In this document: positions 34,704 through 49,400 of the stretch, one piece after another
Layout: each line of letters opens with the position of its first letter
Numbering within the stretch: position 1 is the stretch's first letter
Source: Zygnema circumcarinatum SAG 698-1b
Lineage: Eukaryota; Plantae; Zygnematophyceae
Direction of reading: 5' to 3'
Assembly (NCBI GenBank): GCA_037447605.1
Contig: CM074804.1
Coordinates: 4,999,909 to 5,063,908, forward strand
Length of the DNA stretch: 64,000 nucleotides
The notes under the pieces: generated by a model
Databases searched by the model: none
Told to the model about the DNA's origin: nothing
What the model saw: the letters and a program-made list of their open reading frames with translations, nothing else
Position numbers and translations under genes: made by a program

Positions 34704-37700
34704 CTAGGTGCTAAGGAAGTCCGCATGAGATTTTGGGCTTACATTGAGTGCCATATTCCTTGTGGGTCCAACGGAGTTGGACCTGTATACAGCAGGGGAG
34801 ACAGACTTCTCAAGTAGTTCTCGGACGTCGTTCAACGAGTCGTCATTCTGAATCGCGTCAATTGCCTGTCCTCCATATAGAGGGAACCACATGTTAGCCA
34901 CTGAGTACAGTCTTTGCTTCTCATCATCTCTTGAACTTGCCTGCATCTGAACGACCTCCAAGGCTGTAAGCAGGAGAAGAATTCGCCTGCAAAGTAACAA
35001 CGTTTTCAAACGACTGCAGTAACAGGTTGCGAGTCAGAAACTTTTCATCCTTGAAAGTTTTTTTCGCAGAACAACATCAATATAGGTTGAATTGGTTGAA
35101 CATCATAATGATCGGCTCTAACAACTGGTATATCACTGGCTTCAGCCACTTCAGGCTAAAAAACTGTCCAAACGTATCATAAACACCATTGCAATTCTTC
35201 GTGGGAGAAAAAAAAATCATAATCTTTTGAAGGACCATTATCAAAAAACCGACCCAAACATCATATTCTACACCGTCCGATCTGTCCAACACCTTTCACT
35301 TCAGGTCTACTCTCGCTCTTACCTGTCTAATGCGGTCCAATGTTTGGCCGCCATTATTTGTTGGAAGCCAGCGAATGCCGTCCAACGAGGCCATCCATGC
35401 TCTTTCCTCACTTGATCCTTGTTCCAGCCTCTTCAATTTGCGCTCCACCAAGCGTTGGCGGTGTGGCAGTCCCCAGCTCGCACTGCTTGATTGCAACATC
35501 GGCTGTGAGGGAGTGGGAGATGCTTGCTGCTGCGGTTGCTCCCAGCTCTTGCGGTTTGGTTGCGGAAGTGGCTGTGCAGGTGCAGACGATGCCTGCTGCT
35601 GCGGTCGCTGTTCTTGTGACATCTGCTGGTTTCCAGGGCTGGGGGGTCGCTCAAGATCCTGCAAAGTCCTGCCAATTATCTCATTAGCCAAAAGCACTGA
35701 ACAAGTATTATGACACATATTTTATGGAAGACACAATGAACAGAATGCCCACTTCATGATCATGTATGAGAGACAAAACTCACAAAAACTGCTGGGAGCA
35801 AGAATCTCGCTCCTATTCACAAACCTGTGGTTTGAAGCAACGTAAAACAGCACATGTAGCATGGACCAGTCAGAATACGCAATTCATACAACGTGTTTGA
35901 ACGGCAAACTCAGTGCAACGCGCCTTCACACAGATTGTGCACACACCAATAACGTACCATGCAATAGCACACTAGCTCAGTCCCTCAACCTCAAGTCCTA
36001 ATCCAACTCAGACATTCCAAGTGTGTTAAGCATTCCGACAAACTCCACTATCACGTCAGAGTAACATTCAGAAAGTTCGCAGCCTTGATCAAGCATACTC
36101 TTGCTTCGCTTGACGAAGAGCTAACTCAGGGAAAGGTTGACCACCTGACAAGTTGGGCAAACGATCTTTCTGCTCGTGGAGTTGGGTGGCATATTCTGGT
36201 GGAGGGGTCCTGCGTCTTTGATAGTTGTTGGAACATGGGTAAGGCAGAATGACTTCGGACAGCCGCGACATATGTACTTTGGCACAACACGACAGCTCTC
36301 GCCTGCTGCACACTGATGGCGAGGGCACGACCAAGTCTGCGAATCGATCTGTGCCTGCAACGACTCAGGAAAGGATGAACACCCTAATAGATGAAACCGG
36401 GGTCACGAAATGCGACAGCATGCTACATCACAAACCGAGCCGGTCACGCAAAATGAGTAGGGTCAACCTCAATCCTGCCGCCACACGATGGCATATGTTT
36501 CATGACTTCAACCAAAAAAACAATATAATTACAGGTTTTGCTGTCAGTGAAATTCATCCATGAAAGGTAGTGAAAGATTTATCATGAATACACAGTTTGG
36601 AAGCATTCGAAAGGTGCGAAGTTCAGAATCAAAGTATACAGAGTCTAACATAAAAAGCTCTTAAGTTGATTATGAATACCCGGGCAAGAATTCCATTAAC
36701 TTCATCAAGTTAGTATACAAAAAAAAAAAGGAAGAATATAACCCTGGCCTATTGGAATTCAATAAATCTATTCGATAAGCAGATGTATCTATATCGACTG
36801 AACCCATCAATGCATGCCCAATCGCCAAATGAGCATGATCATTGTGGCAGCTTGTCATTCGGATTGAAGTCTTGTATATGAGTTACATTGCATAAAATCT
36901 TAATCAAAACCTGCTGTAAACAATCACTAATAAAAGGCAGCCAGGCAAGCGTCCGCTCTCTGAAGGCAAGGAGAATTAACTCACCGTGGTTGGGACGAGG
37001 CACTGAGGATGGCATGCCTTCCAGCATAAAATCGCGCCCTCCCCACCAATACCATTTCGGCCCCACATGCAGCATGCCACCTGGCCCGCCGCGGTCTTGC
37101 AGATGAAACAAACATCCTCCCACACCTGCTGTTCACGGCAATTTGCCTCACAAGCTGCGATGTGGCATAGGTATTGGTTATGCAATACACGCTTGTGGGT
37201 CCTTGGGTCATTAAACGGTCGAGCAGCCTCCAATTCAACAGCAACTCTGCAATCAACAGGGGTTGCCAAACATCAGAGAAAATGATAACGCATGCAAACA
37301 AAAGCTAGTGTCAAAAAGTTCAATCAGCATCAAGATTTGCAAATAGGTCTTTGTTAATGGTCACCAGACAACAATTTATCCAAGAGAATACTTCATGTTC
37401 ATAGTATACAGCAGAATATGGCCCAGAAGAAGTATCCTTATTTTTCCAGAGGCAGACCGTTTCACACCGTGCAAGCATTCGTTTTCTTTAAGTGTACATG
37501 CTGCCATTAGTCACACACCGCGGGGGTGCAATGGGAATGGGTCAGAGGTTGGGAGGAAGTGAAATGGAGGCAGGAGAGAGGAAGAGAGGCAAAGGAGGAA
37601 TGGGAGTGAGGGAGAAACGGGAAGGGAAAAAGGAGAAGGAAGGGTGAGTGAAAAGGGAGACGAGAGAAAGACACAGGCAAGAAGAGGGAGAGTGAAGGGG

Positions 37701-40469
37701 AAAATGAAGGAGAGCGGAAGATCGAGGCAGATGGGAAGTGGGAAAGGAAAACTGTCATTACACGACTGATTTGAAGACTCACGCAACTCTGGCTCTTCAT
37801 TTCATTCAAGGTGTACCTTTTTAAGGATGAGTGATTAAGTGGCACGTTTAAAGCACTTTTTGCAAAAAATCCGGACTTGTCATACTTCGTTATGGCAGTG
37901 GGCCTTATATTGTATTAGCGAAGTACCGTACACCGAATGTATTTTTATACTATTTCGTCTCCACTTGCTTCTCCAGTAACTTCATATTTAAGCTATTATT
38001 TTCATCATCTCAAGAAGAATGCTTGGCACAAGGACTGCTCAAAAAACACCAAACCTAAAACTTTCGTATTCCAGGATATGGCAGGCTGGTCTCGTCAAAT
38101 AAAGAGATAATCTTGCTGTGAACAGTTGGAAACTTGCGTTAAGTTTGAAAGGTTACGATTTGTATTTCCTAAATTAAGTATGATAGACGGATGTGTCAGA
38201 AACCTTACTCGTGAGTTGATGCTCGCTCATCTTCCTTCAAGCAATCAGCCTCTTCCCCATCCTCCCCATCACTCGACTCAGCCTCTTCCTCTGCTTCTCC
38301 ATTCTGCCTGGCGCCCCCTGCTGACCCTGCGATCTCAACTGAATTTGGCGCATTCGGATAATTCGCACTTCTATCCTCTGAAGTAGGATTCTTGGCGTTA
38401 AGAGTGACATGTAGAGGAGGTGCCAGCAATTGGCTGCACCAGCCTGCCCTCTTGTAGCGCTCCCTCAATGTGCTGTGCCAATGTTTCTTGATGCCAGAAG
38501 CACTCCTGTTGGAAGAGCAGAGGATACAGACGGTGAAATACACTGACACAAACGCTTGACTTCCGAAGCAGGACAGCAACGTTTGTTAGCTGTTAAAACC
38601 TCGTATTCTCTGAGGCCTTTAAGAGCTGAATAGAAATGGAACTCACAGAATTCTAAACCAGTAATGATTAATAATCCAGTTGGTGCTCCATGCAATGAAA
38701 TACGGCCCTTGACAAGTACAAAGAAAATTGTATAAACCTGAGGAAGAGGGAAGGCAAGGCAATGGATACGTCACAAAAGTATCTTGGCTGCGTCACAGCA
38801 ATATCTTCGGTAATGGTCAAGTGAGACTCGCCTTCCAGGAAGAATCTTTTCGGCAAGCTGCCATTTATTGCCACACACGTAACGTAGCACCAGAAGCATA
38901 GCATCCTCCTCCTCCGAAAATGGTCCCGACTTCTCTTCGCCTTTGTATTTGGGTGCTTCCTCAAGTAGAATATTTAACATCACCTCTTTCCATGCCGCAT
39001 CATGCATACTTTCAGCCAACTTCTCACGATAACGCCGAATAAATTCAACTGCCACAAGTAACAATAAAGCATGATATAGATGAACGTATCTTCATGTCAA
39101 CACAAAACAGACGAGCCTGCTGTTGTTTTGACGTGATGCGCCTTACCATCTTGTCACGTTTTTTGTTTAATGCTCAGATGAGCAAGAGTTTTCCATTCAT
39201 AACAAGTTCATTTACATTCGTTAGGCTCACACTGTGTCACGCCTGATTGTTCCACGCCTTGACATTCAAGTTTAATCAAAACTATTAACATGGACTCCCA
39301 GGTGAATGAGCACTAGCGAGAATTGAAAACAAGAAACTACTCATAGATGGCAGGCCCATCACTAGCACCTCGACGGGCAGAAACTGCGTACAAACGCATA
39401 TGCTTTCATAAAAGCCAAGATAAACCAAAGTGGTACTAGCCACTCATTGATAATTTGCAGCCAAAAGTTCTTGCGAACCTTTCTACTTTCCTGTCCAAAC
39501 TACTTTAGCACTTTAAGCATGATTTGAAACGTACAACTACAGAGTCCACCTGTTAATGATACCAAAGTTTCGTCAAAGTTTCTACAAGTCCTTACAAAGG
39601 GCTATTGATAAATAACAAAAAAAAGCAAAACAAAAATTTAAGTATCCAATAGCCACTAATACTTACCGATAACTTCAAAGATATGCTGACCCAGACTTAT
39701 TTAGGTCCATATACAAAACAGTGAATTGTAATGACTATCATAACTAACAATTTCAGAATTTGCCGTACAAGACGGCAGAGGTAAAGAATGTCGGAAGGTT
39801 AAATCTAAGTCAAAAACTCTTAGTCCTAACCCCAATGTCGCAATTGCTTTCTGATTTGATACTTCCATCAAAGGTCAAAAATTTCATCTCATAATTCTAG
39901 TTTCATGATGACGACAGGCTGAACGAACCTGCTCTCCAAGCAGCAGGAAAGTCCTCCTCTTTCCCAATATGGCTTGCAGAATAACTGCTACTTGTAACTC
40001 CAGGTGTCTCCGCCCTGAAGCGCATCCTATCCCCAGCTGCGTGCTCAATACTCCCCAACCTCTGCACACTCGCAGGGCTTGCTGCGCCTGCAACACTCTT
40101 GCCCGCAAGCGAAATTGCGCTCGGCTTCCCTGTCCCGTCCCCCCCATTTGGCAGACTATACGCCCTCTCTTCCCATCCCACCCCTCTGCCATCAACGCCC
40201 GGACTCTTCCCAAACCTGGAAACCACACCCTTCCCTCCTCCCCCCCCTCCTGCCCCCTCCTGTTTCCCTGCAGCGTGCGGCAGCAAGGGAGCGTGCCACT
40301 GGCCGTAAAACTCCGGCGCTACCGGCTTCGGATCGTACACGAAGGAGCCGAAATACGCAGCTCCGGAGTCCTGATAGCGGCGGAGCTCATCCAGCACCTG
40401 GTTGTAGAAAAGCGCGTCGAGAGCAGGCTCTCCTGGCGCCCCGAACCGCGGCTTCTTCAGCCGCCCCAT
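34704..40469 (-). CDS. Myb/SANT-repeat protein with an NSD-type PHD5-C5HCH zinc-finger module and a Q/P-rich tail
   Basis: First exon 40469-39929. Myb: GPFSEEEDAMLLVLRYVCGNKWQLAEKILPGR|RSASGIKKHWHSTLRERY. Acidic linker, then EDVCFICKTAAGQVACC..CWKACHPQCL|..TWSCPRHQC..CR..KYICRGCPKSFCLTH. The joins I checked are in phase; the terminal exon (34704) is probable. Confidence 0.8.
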
Positions 40470-40871
40470 GGCTGCCCTTTGCGCGCCCTGCGGTCTGCTC
40501 AGTGCGCCTCCGGTAACCCTAAAACTACGCTGCTGTCTGCGCCTGCGAGAGGCGCCCCTGCGCCGGATCTTTGCTGTCGCTCGGCGCTCCGTTCTACGGC
40601 CGTTAGTCTGGACCGAACTGGCGTGGACATGGAACGTCACAGGTCGAGGTCCCGCGTGGCGGAAGGAGCGCGCGCGAAGGACATTCGCGCGGCCCACTGA
40701 TGAGGGCCTCCGTTTGCCCGCCTCCTCTTGCGATGCGCCTGCCCGCGTCCATGGAGAGGGTGGGACTGCCGCCGGGGGCAGGGCATGCGTTTGAGCTTCT
40801 GCGGCTGAGAGAGGTCGTCTGCAGTTCGGGAGAGTTTCTTGCTTCCTTTTGCGAACTTCTTGGCGGTGCTT

Positions 40872-43800
40872 ATGGGCTTGCGGACGATTCCCGCTGCGTA
40901 TTCTCGAATCGGGTTTCTGATAGTGCTCAGTTTTGGTTTTTCTCTCCTTATCTGGAGCAAGCAGAAGGAAAACGAGGAGAAGGAAGACAGTCTGCAAGAG
41001 GTCAATGTGATAAGGGGGCTGCATATTCTCAAGAGTTCTCCATTGCAGGATACTCGAGTTGGACTTGGACGTACGTCTGCTCACACGGTGGCTCCAGGTA
41101 TAATGTGGGTGCTTGTCTAAAAGGAAAATTTTCTTTTACTGAGTACTATGCGTTTGACCGCCGAGGTCGAGACGGGCGAATTCGGTGCATTTATGTCTCT
41201 CATATTTCTTGGGTCACGGGACTTTATCTGTAGAACTCATGCCGTAGAGCATGTAGCAAGGTAGACGTTTTAATGACATAATATTTGCTTGTTGCATATT
41301 CTGATCAGTCAGAAAGTATTAATTGTTAAATTTACCTTGATCTTGGTGACACCAACTGCATCAGACGCCGTTGCAAATTATGCCAGTTATTGTGAAGAAA
41401 CTCTGTTCGTGTTTATAAAGTGGCACGATCTCACGACGGTTAATTTAACTTGGCTTTGGCGTAGGTCTTGGTTTTCCAGTTGCTTTCCAATTCTCTCCCT
41501 TTTTTTTAAAATAGCTTCTTCTTGTCTACTCGTCGAGTCAGAGCTTGCCTAAGTATTGACACTGTGGCTCGATGTTATCACGTCGTAAGTTACATTTATA
41601 TACTTTCAGCACAAAGGCGTATTATTATTGAATGTGCTTACAGTCCCGTCTTTTCTGTGATATTCGGAGGTCAAGGCAGAATGATAACAGTAAACTTCTG
41701 AAATCCAAAATTTCGCAGGTACCTTTTTGAAATACAGAGAAATGCAAGAGATCTTGAACGTTGGACTTTTGGTTGACTAAAGATAAATCTGCTAAAGGTG
41801 GTTGTCGAACATCATGAACTTTTATGTCAGAATCTTACAAGGAATCTTATTCTTCAAAAGTTTTTTTTTTTCTGGCAGACGTATTGGATGAAGAACCAAC
41901 GAGTTCAAGCCACTTGTTGTTTGGCATTGCGTCATCTCTCGAATCGTGGTCCAGTCGAGGCAAGTTTGTAAGGTGTGTGCTCATGTAGTGACCCAATCTG
42001 CTATCGTGTACCGGTAGAAGAGACTGCATGGATGTGAAACGAATGGACCAAGTTGACTGAATGGCTCGTGTGAGACAAGTTCCGCAGGGGAGATGAGACA
42101 TATCATTTTTACACGTCTTGGAAATTCTGAACATTCGTTGCTGCTGATATTCATGTTTAGTAATTTTCAACACAGATTGTGTGACAAACAACGAACCGCT
42201 TGATTTAATGACCAATACAAATAAGAATAGCTGTTAGGTGGGGTACGTGAAGCCCTGCAACTGTCACTTATATTTGCAACTAGTGGTGCTCCATTCTACT
42301 AGTTTGCTACTAGTCTTAAGTTTACCGTCTGGTGATACGATCTTTAATCTTTGCTTTTGACATAAGGATGGGTAGATCATTTGAGTTCAAAATACTTCTT
42401 GATTTGCTCGCAGGACTTGGTGGAATATTCATAATGTCCGCGGCTTTGTATGGCTGGATGCACTCCCATCGGAGATACTTGAAATGGATCCCCCATTTCA
42501 GGTGTCTGGAGATATCAGGCATCTTCACTACCATGGGAAGGGGTTGCGATCCTATCTGCGGTTGGCACGCGTCATTAAAGATGCTTTCATGCTCAACATG
42601 CCTAATGTTCGCTGGTAATTTCAGATCTCCTGTGTTGATTGAACTCGCACGGCTGTTTGTTCAGAGAATGGAAGAGTAATAGAGGTCTGACAGTTCATCC
42701 TTATGGCTCATATCGTCCTTCCAGATTCGCGAAGGACCAAGCTGTCGATATAAATAAGAGCTTTCACAAGTTTGTTGCAATTGTGCCATTGATGTTCTTG
42801 CAGATGCAAGAACTTCTGTCTGTCTTCTTATTTTATCGACTTTTAAGGAAAAAAATCATTTCACTACCTTGCATTCATGTGGATATTGTTTATATTTGCA
42901 CGTCTTGTAGAAATTCTTTCCAGTTCTGTAATGGGTTTTTTTTCTAAGCGTTTCATGTACAGACGTTGCACTATTCCTGTGGTAAAATCTTTACGTCCTA
43001 TTAAGGTGAAGGGATGGTTTGCCATTCATCTGTAAAGCTCTTCTTTGAATCACCATCTGCAGGTTTGTAATGGGCGATGATGATACGTTTTTCAGCCCTC
43101 AGGGTGTGACAGCGCTCCTTTCCAAGTATGACCATAATGAGATGCTGTACATCGGGAGCCAATCTGAGACGCACTGGCAGAACAACGTCATGTCACACGA
43201 GATTGCCTTCGGAGGCGGCGGGTTCGCCATTAGCCGGCCACTTGCCGCAGCTCTCAATCACACACTGGACAGTTGCATGGAGCGCTATACTGAGCTCTGG
43301 GGCAGCGATCAGCGAGTTGGAATCTGCATCGCAGAGCTTGGGGTGAGCTGAAGCTGTCCTGGGTTACTATGTTTGGTAGATGCAGACTAGTTGGCACTAG
43401 ATCACAATTTGGCTTGCATTTCTCTCGATTACTGTAGTAAACTTGCTAATTTTGAAGGATATCATTGATTGAAGGAAAGTTGGGATCAATAATTCTTTAG
43501 GGTTTTGCGTACTATGAAGCAAAACGGTTTTTGCAAAGTGGAAAGGTATACTGATGACTACAATATTCAATTGGCAAAGGTTGCAGATGCGCGTTTCCTT
43601 TGCACATGTGAAATCATATAGCCCATATCTGCCTGGCTGGAATGCTAGACATTCAGAGCTTTTCTATTTCTGCGACTTTTCCAAACCAGTGGTTTCCGCT
43701 ATCCTAGCTTATATGATGCCCAGAAATTTGTTTAGGCAGCCTTGATATTCTGGAACATGCTGCTCTTCCTTGTCAGAGTCTATATCCAACGACATGCTTA

Positions 43801-45413
43801 TAGGTCCGACATACCTGAAGTAAAACTTGTTTTGCACAAATGCAGCTGCAGCGTCCTTGAGCTGTGCATTGACGGAGCAGAAGGCGTGACTCATCTGCAT
43901 TTGAATGGAAGCTACATAGTCTTACTCTGCTCTATGAAAATGCACAGGTTCATGTGACGCGTGAGAGAGGCTTCCATCAGTGTGATCTGCGTGGCTCCAT
44001 TGCTGGCCTCTTTGAAGCACATCCGCCAGAAATATTCGCCTCGCTGCACCATCTTCAGCTGCTTCAACCTGTTCTTCCACATTTCAATGACCAAACCGTC
44101 GCACTTCAAGCATTCGCAAGTGCCATGCAACCTGATCCAGTCGGTTTCCTTCAGGAAGCTATCTGCTATTTCCAGTTATGCTCTGTCCATTCATTCCCTT
44201 ATGCCTTTTTTCGAAAGGAATGCTCAGCAGAAAAGCATTACAATTGGACTTGTCGATTGTTCTTTTGAAATAGTCGAGTCCTTCTGGATGATAAGGGTGC
44301 TTGTGGCGAGTATTGCTAATCATGAACTGACATTTGGTATGTTTGCTTGAGGGTGGTTAGAGATACGAAGGCGTGGACAATATCCATTGCTTGGGGATAC
44401 TCTGTGAAGGTCTATCCCAAAGTACGAATACATCGCATATCACCACCACACATACATCACACAACATATGCTGCAATGTGAGAAAGTAACAGAGAAAAAC
44501 GTATGTTACCATTTCACAAAGTCCATCGTATTGCTGTCAAATCGAAGAGCAATCTACTTCAGTTGGTGCCTAGGGTTGGGTGAGGAGGTCGTCTCGTAGC
44601 TGATCGCTTAAAGGGTAATTTGCAGATTCTACGCTTCTCTGGTTTGGAGCGCATGGAACGGACATTTCTCACTTACAGCAAAGAATCTGATCCCAATTCC
44701 TACGACCTGAATACTCGTAAAGTTGAGGTCAGTGTTCATGTTTTGTATTGCCAGAGTCCTTTCTGTCAACTGTCGATCCTGTTATCACTTGTGTTATGAC
44801 CAATTTCCAGGTGCTGTATATTGGTCGTAGGGTTCCGCTGTTTTTCATATAGAATCCATTGTTATTGTGTTTCTCATTCTTGTAGCCAGATTTAGTTCGT
44901 TACATGCCAACTGTTTAGTTCTTTACTTCCAACTATGAATACTGGAGCTCATGCTAGCCTCTCTCCTTGATGTCAATTTTTGTCCTTTTTGTCGTTCAAT
45001 GACCCTAAGCTCTGCTATAAGCGACTACTAAAGCGTAGATTTCTCACTTTCACTCCGACTTCAATTCTTTTTGCTTTGCTTCCTGTCTTCAGGCTATGGC
45101 ATCAGGTGATTGCGGCTTGCCTTATGTCATGTATGTGGACCATGTGGCCGCAAGACCGGATGGCAGCGTGGCGAGCCGCTATGTGCGTGAGAGCAAGAAC
45201 AGAAGGCACTGTGCTCACAGGGTCGCTTCCCTCAACACGATAACTGTTGTGCGGTCAGAACCGATGCAAGTCAATAGACGGAAAGCTGGTCTCACGGTTG
45301 GACCTAACCTGAGGCGCCAGTGCTGCCATCAGATGCTTCTTCAGAATGAGGATGCTCTCACTATTTGGCTCGATTACTGCATGCCAGAACATGTGGTTGG
45401 GCCCTTTGAATAG
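40872..45413 (+). CDS. DUF604 / Fringe-like GT31 glycosyltransferase, paralog 1 (type II membrane protein)
   Basis: N-terminal TM helix, HLLFGIASS, TWWN..VRGFVWLD, FVMGDDDTFF, YIGSQSE, AFGGGGFAIS, GSDQRV, RERGFHQCDLRG, SLHHL, SIAWGYSVKVY, RRQCC. Confidence 0.93.
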
Positions 45414-46497
45414 GGACAGTAGGAATTGCTCGCCTGGAGTGATAGCCTGCAATGCATACGGTAGTAAGGATTACTCTACTTAGTGATTGGATGCAAAAGC
45501 ATTCTGAAAATAGAGAACAAGAGAGATACCGGAGATAAGGAAGTAGTGGGTGTGGGGCTGACACCAGGCTTGGAGTCCTTCTCAGGCTTTCAAGGTTCAT
45601 TTTTCAGTCCGAGTTGAGTTTATTCTATTCAAGCTTAGTGCAGAGCTGTTTGAGTCATAGGGAGAAACAAAAAGAACGATGTAGTTGTGCTGCGGAAACC
45701 GATTTGATGCTGTAGTGAGGCCTATCGTTTAGTTACAGTCGCGGGGCAAACTCTTTTTTGTGTATATATAGAGACACTGGACGACAGACAAATCAACATG
45801 ATCAGAGAGCGTTTGAACTTGGGACTCTTGTTACAGCGAGCATCGAGTGGCTTATCGCGCGGTTGTGTGCATGCAGTTCACCGGACACACACACATACAT
45901 CTCCTTGGTGTGCAAAATATCCTCGCCATTGTACTGTAATTTTAGTGTTCTGGAAAATCAAACCAGAACGAGTTTCTCCATGTTTGCAAGGATCCTACCA
46001 GAGCTGCTGATCACTGAGCGCAATTCGCAGCAGAAACTGCAACCGTAGTACGCACCGGCCCGGGCAGCTCCCCGCGCCCCAGCGTGTCCATGTCCTGCAA
46101 GGTTAGGGGTTGGACTTTGCTTGACCTCGGCGTTCGAGGCTGTGCATGGCAGCCACCTGCAGACCGCCGGCGCGGAGATGCCGCTGGCGTCGTCACCGCC
46201 GCGTGTCAGGGGGCTTTGGCAGCCACGCGGCGCTTGAGAGCAGAGCGGCGCAGTCCTCTGCTGGCAGAGAGAAACTTCCTACAGTCGCTTCAGTCAAACC
46301 GGACCCAGAGGTAAATCGGCTTACTTCTCTGATTTTGCTTTCAGGACCATTTGCTGTTTTTGTGCCGTAGGAAATCAAAGTGTGGGAAGGTTCTAGGGAA
46401 GGAATAAAAGCTTGGCACAATATCGTCCGGTACTTTTAAGTTCGGTAAAAGTAACGTGAGACAGAAGGGTTTCGCTCACCACCGGCGAAGCGCGGAG

Positions 46498-49400
46498 ATG
46501 TCAGGGCAGAGGTTCATGTTTTGGGTAGCCTTTGCGTATATGGTTATTTCCTTGCGGCTCTGTTTGACGGATGGAACAGATCGCACTCGCTGCAATTGTA
46601 AAAATGCTCAATCAAAAGAGTATCCTGCTGTTATTCCTGATGTTCAACATTTGCTATTTGCAATTGCGTCTTCCAACAGTACTTGGGAACGACGAGCTCG
46701 TTATGTGAGGTGCTCTTTGTAAACTTTACCGGAAGCTATTCAATTGCTGCAGATTTTCCTACTATTTTCTGCGGGAAAATTGCCTTCTTGTATAAGGACG
46801 AGATTAACCAGATGCATGCGTCCTTTTTATACATTGAAAGGCGTTAGTTTAATCTGCTGCAGGACTTGGTGGGATCCTGATACCTTCCGTGGACACGTGT
46901 GGTTTGATCGAGTGCCTGTAGAACGGCATGCTAGAGATCCTGAATATAAACAGTCAAGCAGTACAGAGCACCTGCACTACGACGGCACGGGAAAGCGGAG
47001 ATCATTGCGCATGGCCCGGCTTGTTGTGGATGCATTCAGGCTGAACTTACCAAATGTGCACTGGTACGCAGCGCGCCACTCATGTCCAGATTGCATTCCG
47101 ATCCTGCAGATAAAGTAGGGGTAACTTAGATTGCTGATTGTTGACATCTGTAAGAGTCCTGTAATGAATGACTTAGATTGCTGATTGTTGATATCTGTAG
47201 AGTCCTGCAATGAATTTCACCTCCTCAATTTCAATTTCCTCACATACTGGCCATAGAATTGTACTCGATGGTCGGAAGTTCATGCACTGATCGAGTTTGG
47301 GATGCAAGCAACCCAGTGCAAGAATAGCCTTTTTGGAATCAGAACTATCACATCGTTTATGTCAGCTTGAGTGATCCATTGCTATTTAACTTAGCAGACA
47401 TGTCAGATACGAACTGCTTACAAGGTCTGTGGAAACGGGCTTGCAGGTATGTGAAGGGGGATGACGACACCTTCTTCAATCCATACGGTATTGCTGCGCT
47501 TTTGTCAAAGTACAACCACAACAAGCTGCTGTATATTGGAAGCCCGTCCGAAAGCCATGGGCAAAACAGCTTGTTTTCGCATGACATGGCATTTGGCGGT
47601 GGGGGCTTCGCCATCAGTAAAGCATTAGCAGCGGCACTCAATTTCACCATGGACGAGTGCTTGGAACGCCACTCCGATCTGTGGGGCAGCGACCAGCGTG
47701 TTCGTCTTTGTGCTGCTGAGCTTGGGGTGGGATTGATACTCGTCCCAAAACTCCAGTTTTGCATATTTTTCCGAAATAGATTGAAATCTCAGTTCGTGAA
47801 AGTGCTGTGAACTGTAAAGAAATCGTTATTTTTCTTCGGAAAACTGAGCAGCGTCATTGCATTGAGGACAAGTCTACCGGGTATTTGAAGATGGCAAAAT
47901 TCGTAAATTCTTAATTTTGGGGTTGGAAAAAGCTTTTGCTTCTAGTAGCATTTGCAAATGACCAAAAGGCGGAGTACAGCAAGTCTACGTACTTGCTTCC
48001 CCATTTTCCCATGACGCGGTCCATATGAAAATCTTTTATCAGTCGCGAGAAAACGAATTAAAGTAGTTGGAGCATAAGAGAGAGCAAAAATCACTCTTAG
48101 TTCTTGGATGCTAAAGGTGTTGGGTCATGCAGGTCCAACTCGTTCGTGAACGGGGTTTCCACCAGTGTGATGTGCGCGGATCCGTTGCCGGACTGCTCGA
48201 GGCACACGTCCCCGAAGTGTTTGCATCTTTGCACCACGTAGAGCAGCTCAGTCCAGTTCTCCCCAGCACACAAAGTCGGGTGGAGGCTCTTCAGAAGCTG
48301 ACGAAAGCAGTGCGCCCTGACCCTGTCGGTTTTCTACAGCAGGCAGTTTGCTACGATCAGTAAATACTGCTACCACGCAACCATTGCCAATGGTGCTAGA
48401 AAACAACACTTTTACTAATCGTGACGAGAATTGTCGGCAAGACGTCGTATACCTGTTAGAACCTGAAGCAATCGAAGTCCTCTGCTATAGGGTGTAAAAC
48501 TAAGATGCTCTAAGCCTAGAGCTGATTCTCAAAACCGTGTTTTGCATCGTGGATGGGATGGAAGCAGGAAGTCAAGTAACTGGACAGCCTCCATTTCGTG
48601 GGGTTATTCCGTGAAGATTTACCCCAAGGTAGACCAGAAGTGGAGTGGGTCAGTCCTCGCATTTTTAAATTTCTTCAAGAGTATTATGTGATGGCATGTA
48701 GAGACACATAAGGAGCTCGAGCTTGTCTGCCATAGGACAAGGTAAAGCAGAAGTGTTTTTAAGGTACGATCCATTTGAAAACCAAATTTCACCGACTGAG
48801 TTTGAGGAATATTTTTTCCAGGAGAAAACTTCAATGCTGTTCCAAGTTACGATCTGTGATGGGTGTATTGCGCCTTCCTTCTCGCAGGTTATTAGGCTCT
48901 CTGTATTGGAGCGAGTGGAACGGACGTTTACTACATTTGACCCGGGAGACGATCCAGTTGTGTACGACTTCAACACAAGAGATGTATGGGTACGGTCTTC
49001 CCACTGCAAGTCTCGTCACTGTAGGGGACAAAGTTAGTTGTAAGCAGAATAGTTATACTTCGCAGGACATTTCTGTGGCCTGACTAGGGCATTTTGCTTC
49101 TACTCCATTTCTCCAGAGGGTTCTGACTACAGCGTTTTTGTCTTCTGCAACTTCTGTCATTTGTAGGCGATGGCTCCGCCGAATGATTTCTGCGGGCTTC
49201 CTTTTGCGATGTGTGTAAAAAATGTGGACCGGAGGGGTGATGGCGCCGTAGTAAGCACTTACGAACGTTGTAATGACTTAGGAACGGCCGTGGATCGAAG
49301 TCATTGCGATGTCGACATTGCACGAATAGGAACATTGCATGTCATACGGATGCGACCTATGCAAGTTCCAAGGTCAGACAACGGGCTTTCACAAGGGCCC

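Noticed and set aside
37783-37816. 34-nt micro-exon in the Myb-PHD gene (AG/GT-flanked)
   Set aside because: Including it shifts the frame and creates a stop; the neighbouring exons already join in phase 2 without it.
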